From Acidimicrobiia bacterium (GTDB taxonomy: Bacteria; Actinomycetota; Acidimicrobiia; IMCC26256; PALSA-610), in assembly GCA_035996165.1 (NCBI GenBank), contig DASYJT010000305.1, forward strand, positions 1 through 33,687: 33,687 nt of DNA, written 5' to 3'. A program made the translations under genes and the position numbers. The first letter of the stretch is position 1; every line of letters begins with the position of its first letter. Positions 33,628 through 33,687 of the stretch are shown piece by piece. The notes under the pieces were generated by a model. That model made no database searches. It worked only from the letters and a program-made list of their open reading frames with translations, and was not told the DNA's origin.

Positions 33628-33687
33628 GTGAGAAGGGCGGTTTGGCGGTCGGCGATCGCATTTCTGGTTGCGATGGTCGGGGCCACT
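33628..33687 (+). CDS. possible start of a secreted/membrane protein, 3'-truncated by window edge
   Basis: GTG 33628 lies 10 nt after CAGGGAG. The translation VRRAVWRSAIAFLVAMVGAT looks like a signal peptide or TM start. Only 20 codons are visible. Confidence 0.25.
   Translation, partial: MRRAVWRSAIAFLVAMVGAT

Overview
This is a high-GC bacterial chromosomal window whose gene order and regulatory motifs look like Actinomycetota. Most of it is conserved housekeeping backbone. On the + strand: DUF503(partial)-rbfA-nrnA-truB-ribF-rpsO-pnp-M16 peptidase-dapB, then rnj-SDR-ftsK, then rimO-pgsA-cinA, then recA. Three accessory blocks interrupt this backbone. (1) 8.6-19.5 kb, between dapB and rnj: a minus-strand Liv-type ABC importer (lipoprotein SBP, fused LivH-LivM permease, LivG, LivF), a minus-strand bioA-bioF-bioD operon, and two tandem paralogous TetR genes. 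The second TetR is translationally coupled to a ferritin-like diiron protein. (2) 24.6-27.8 kb, between ftsK and rimO: a small membrane protein, an ECF sigma factor overlapping a gene for a membrane-anchored SGNH-hydrolase/beta-propeller fusion, and a zinc-ribbon acidic protein. (3) 31.0-31.8 kb and 33.0-33.7 kb, around recA: a DinB/DUF664 gene, a possible 4-Cys mini-ORF, and an HTH protein where recX is often found. I saw no rRNA, tRNA, CRISPR array, transposase or integrase. The best candidates for something undescribed are the ECF sigma / SGNH-propeller module and the heavily structured repeat/palindrome array between the two TetR paralogs. Both are inferences from sequence reading only and need database and experimental checks. 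Many adjacent genes overlap by 4 nt (GTGA/ATGA), which suggests translational coupling. Long R/G/D-rich ORFs antisense to real genes are high-GC artefacts. Start codons are my best guesses, and several are GTG/TTG.
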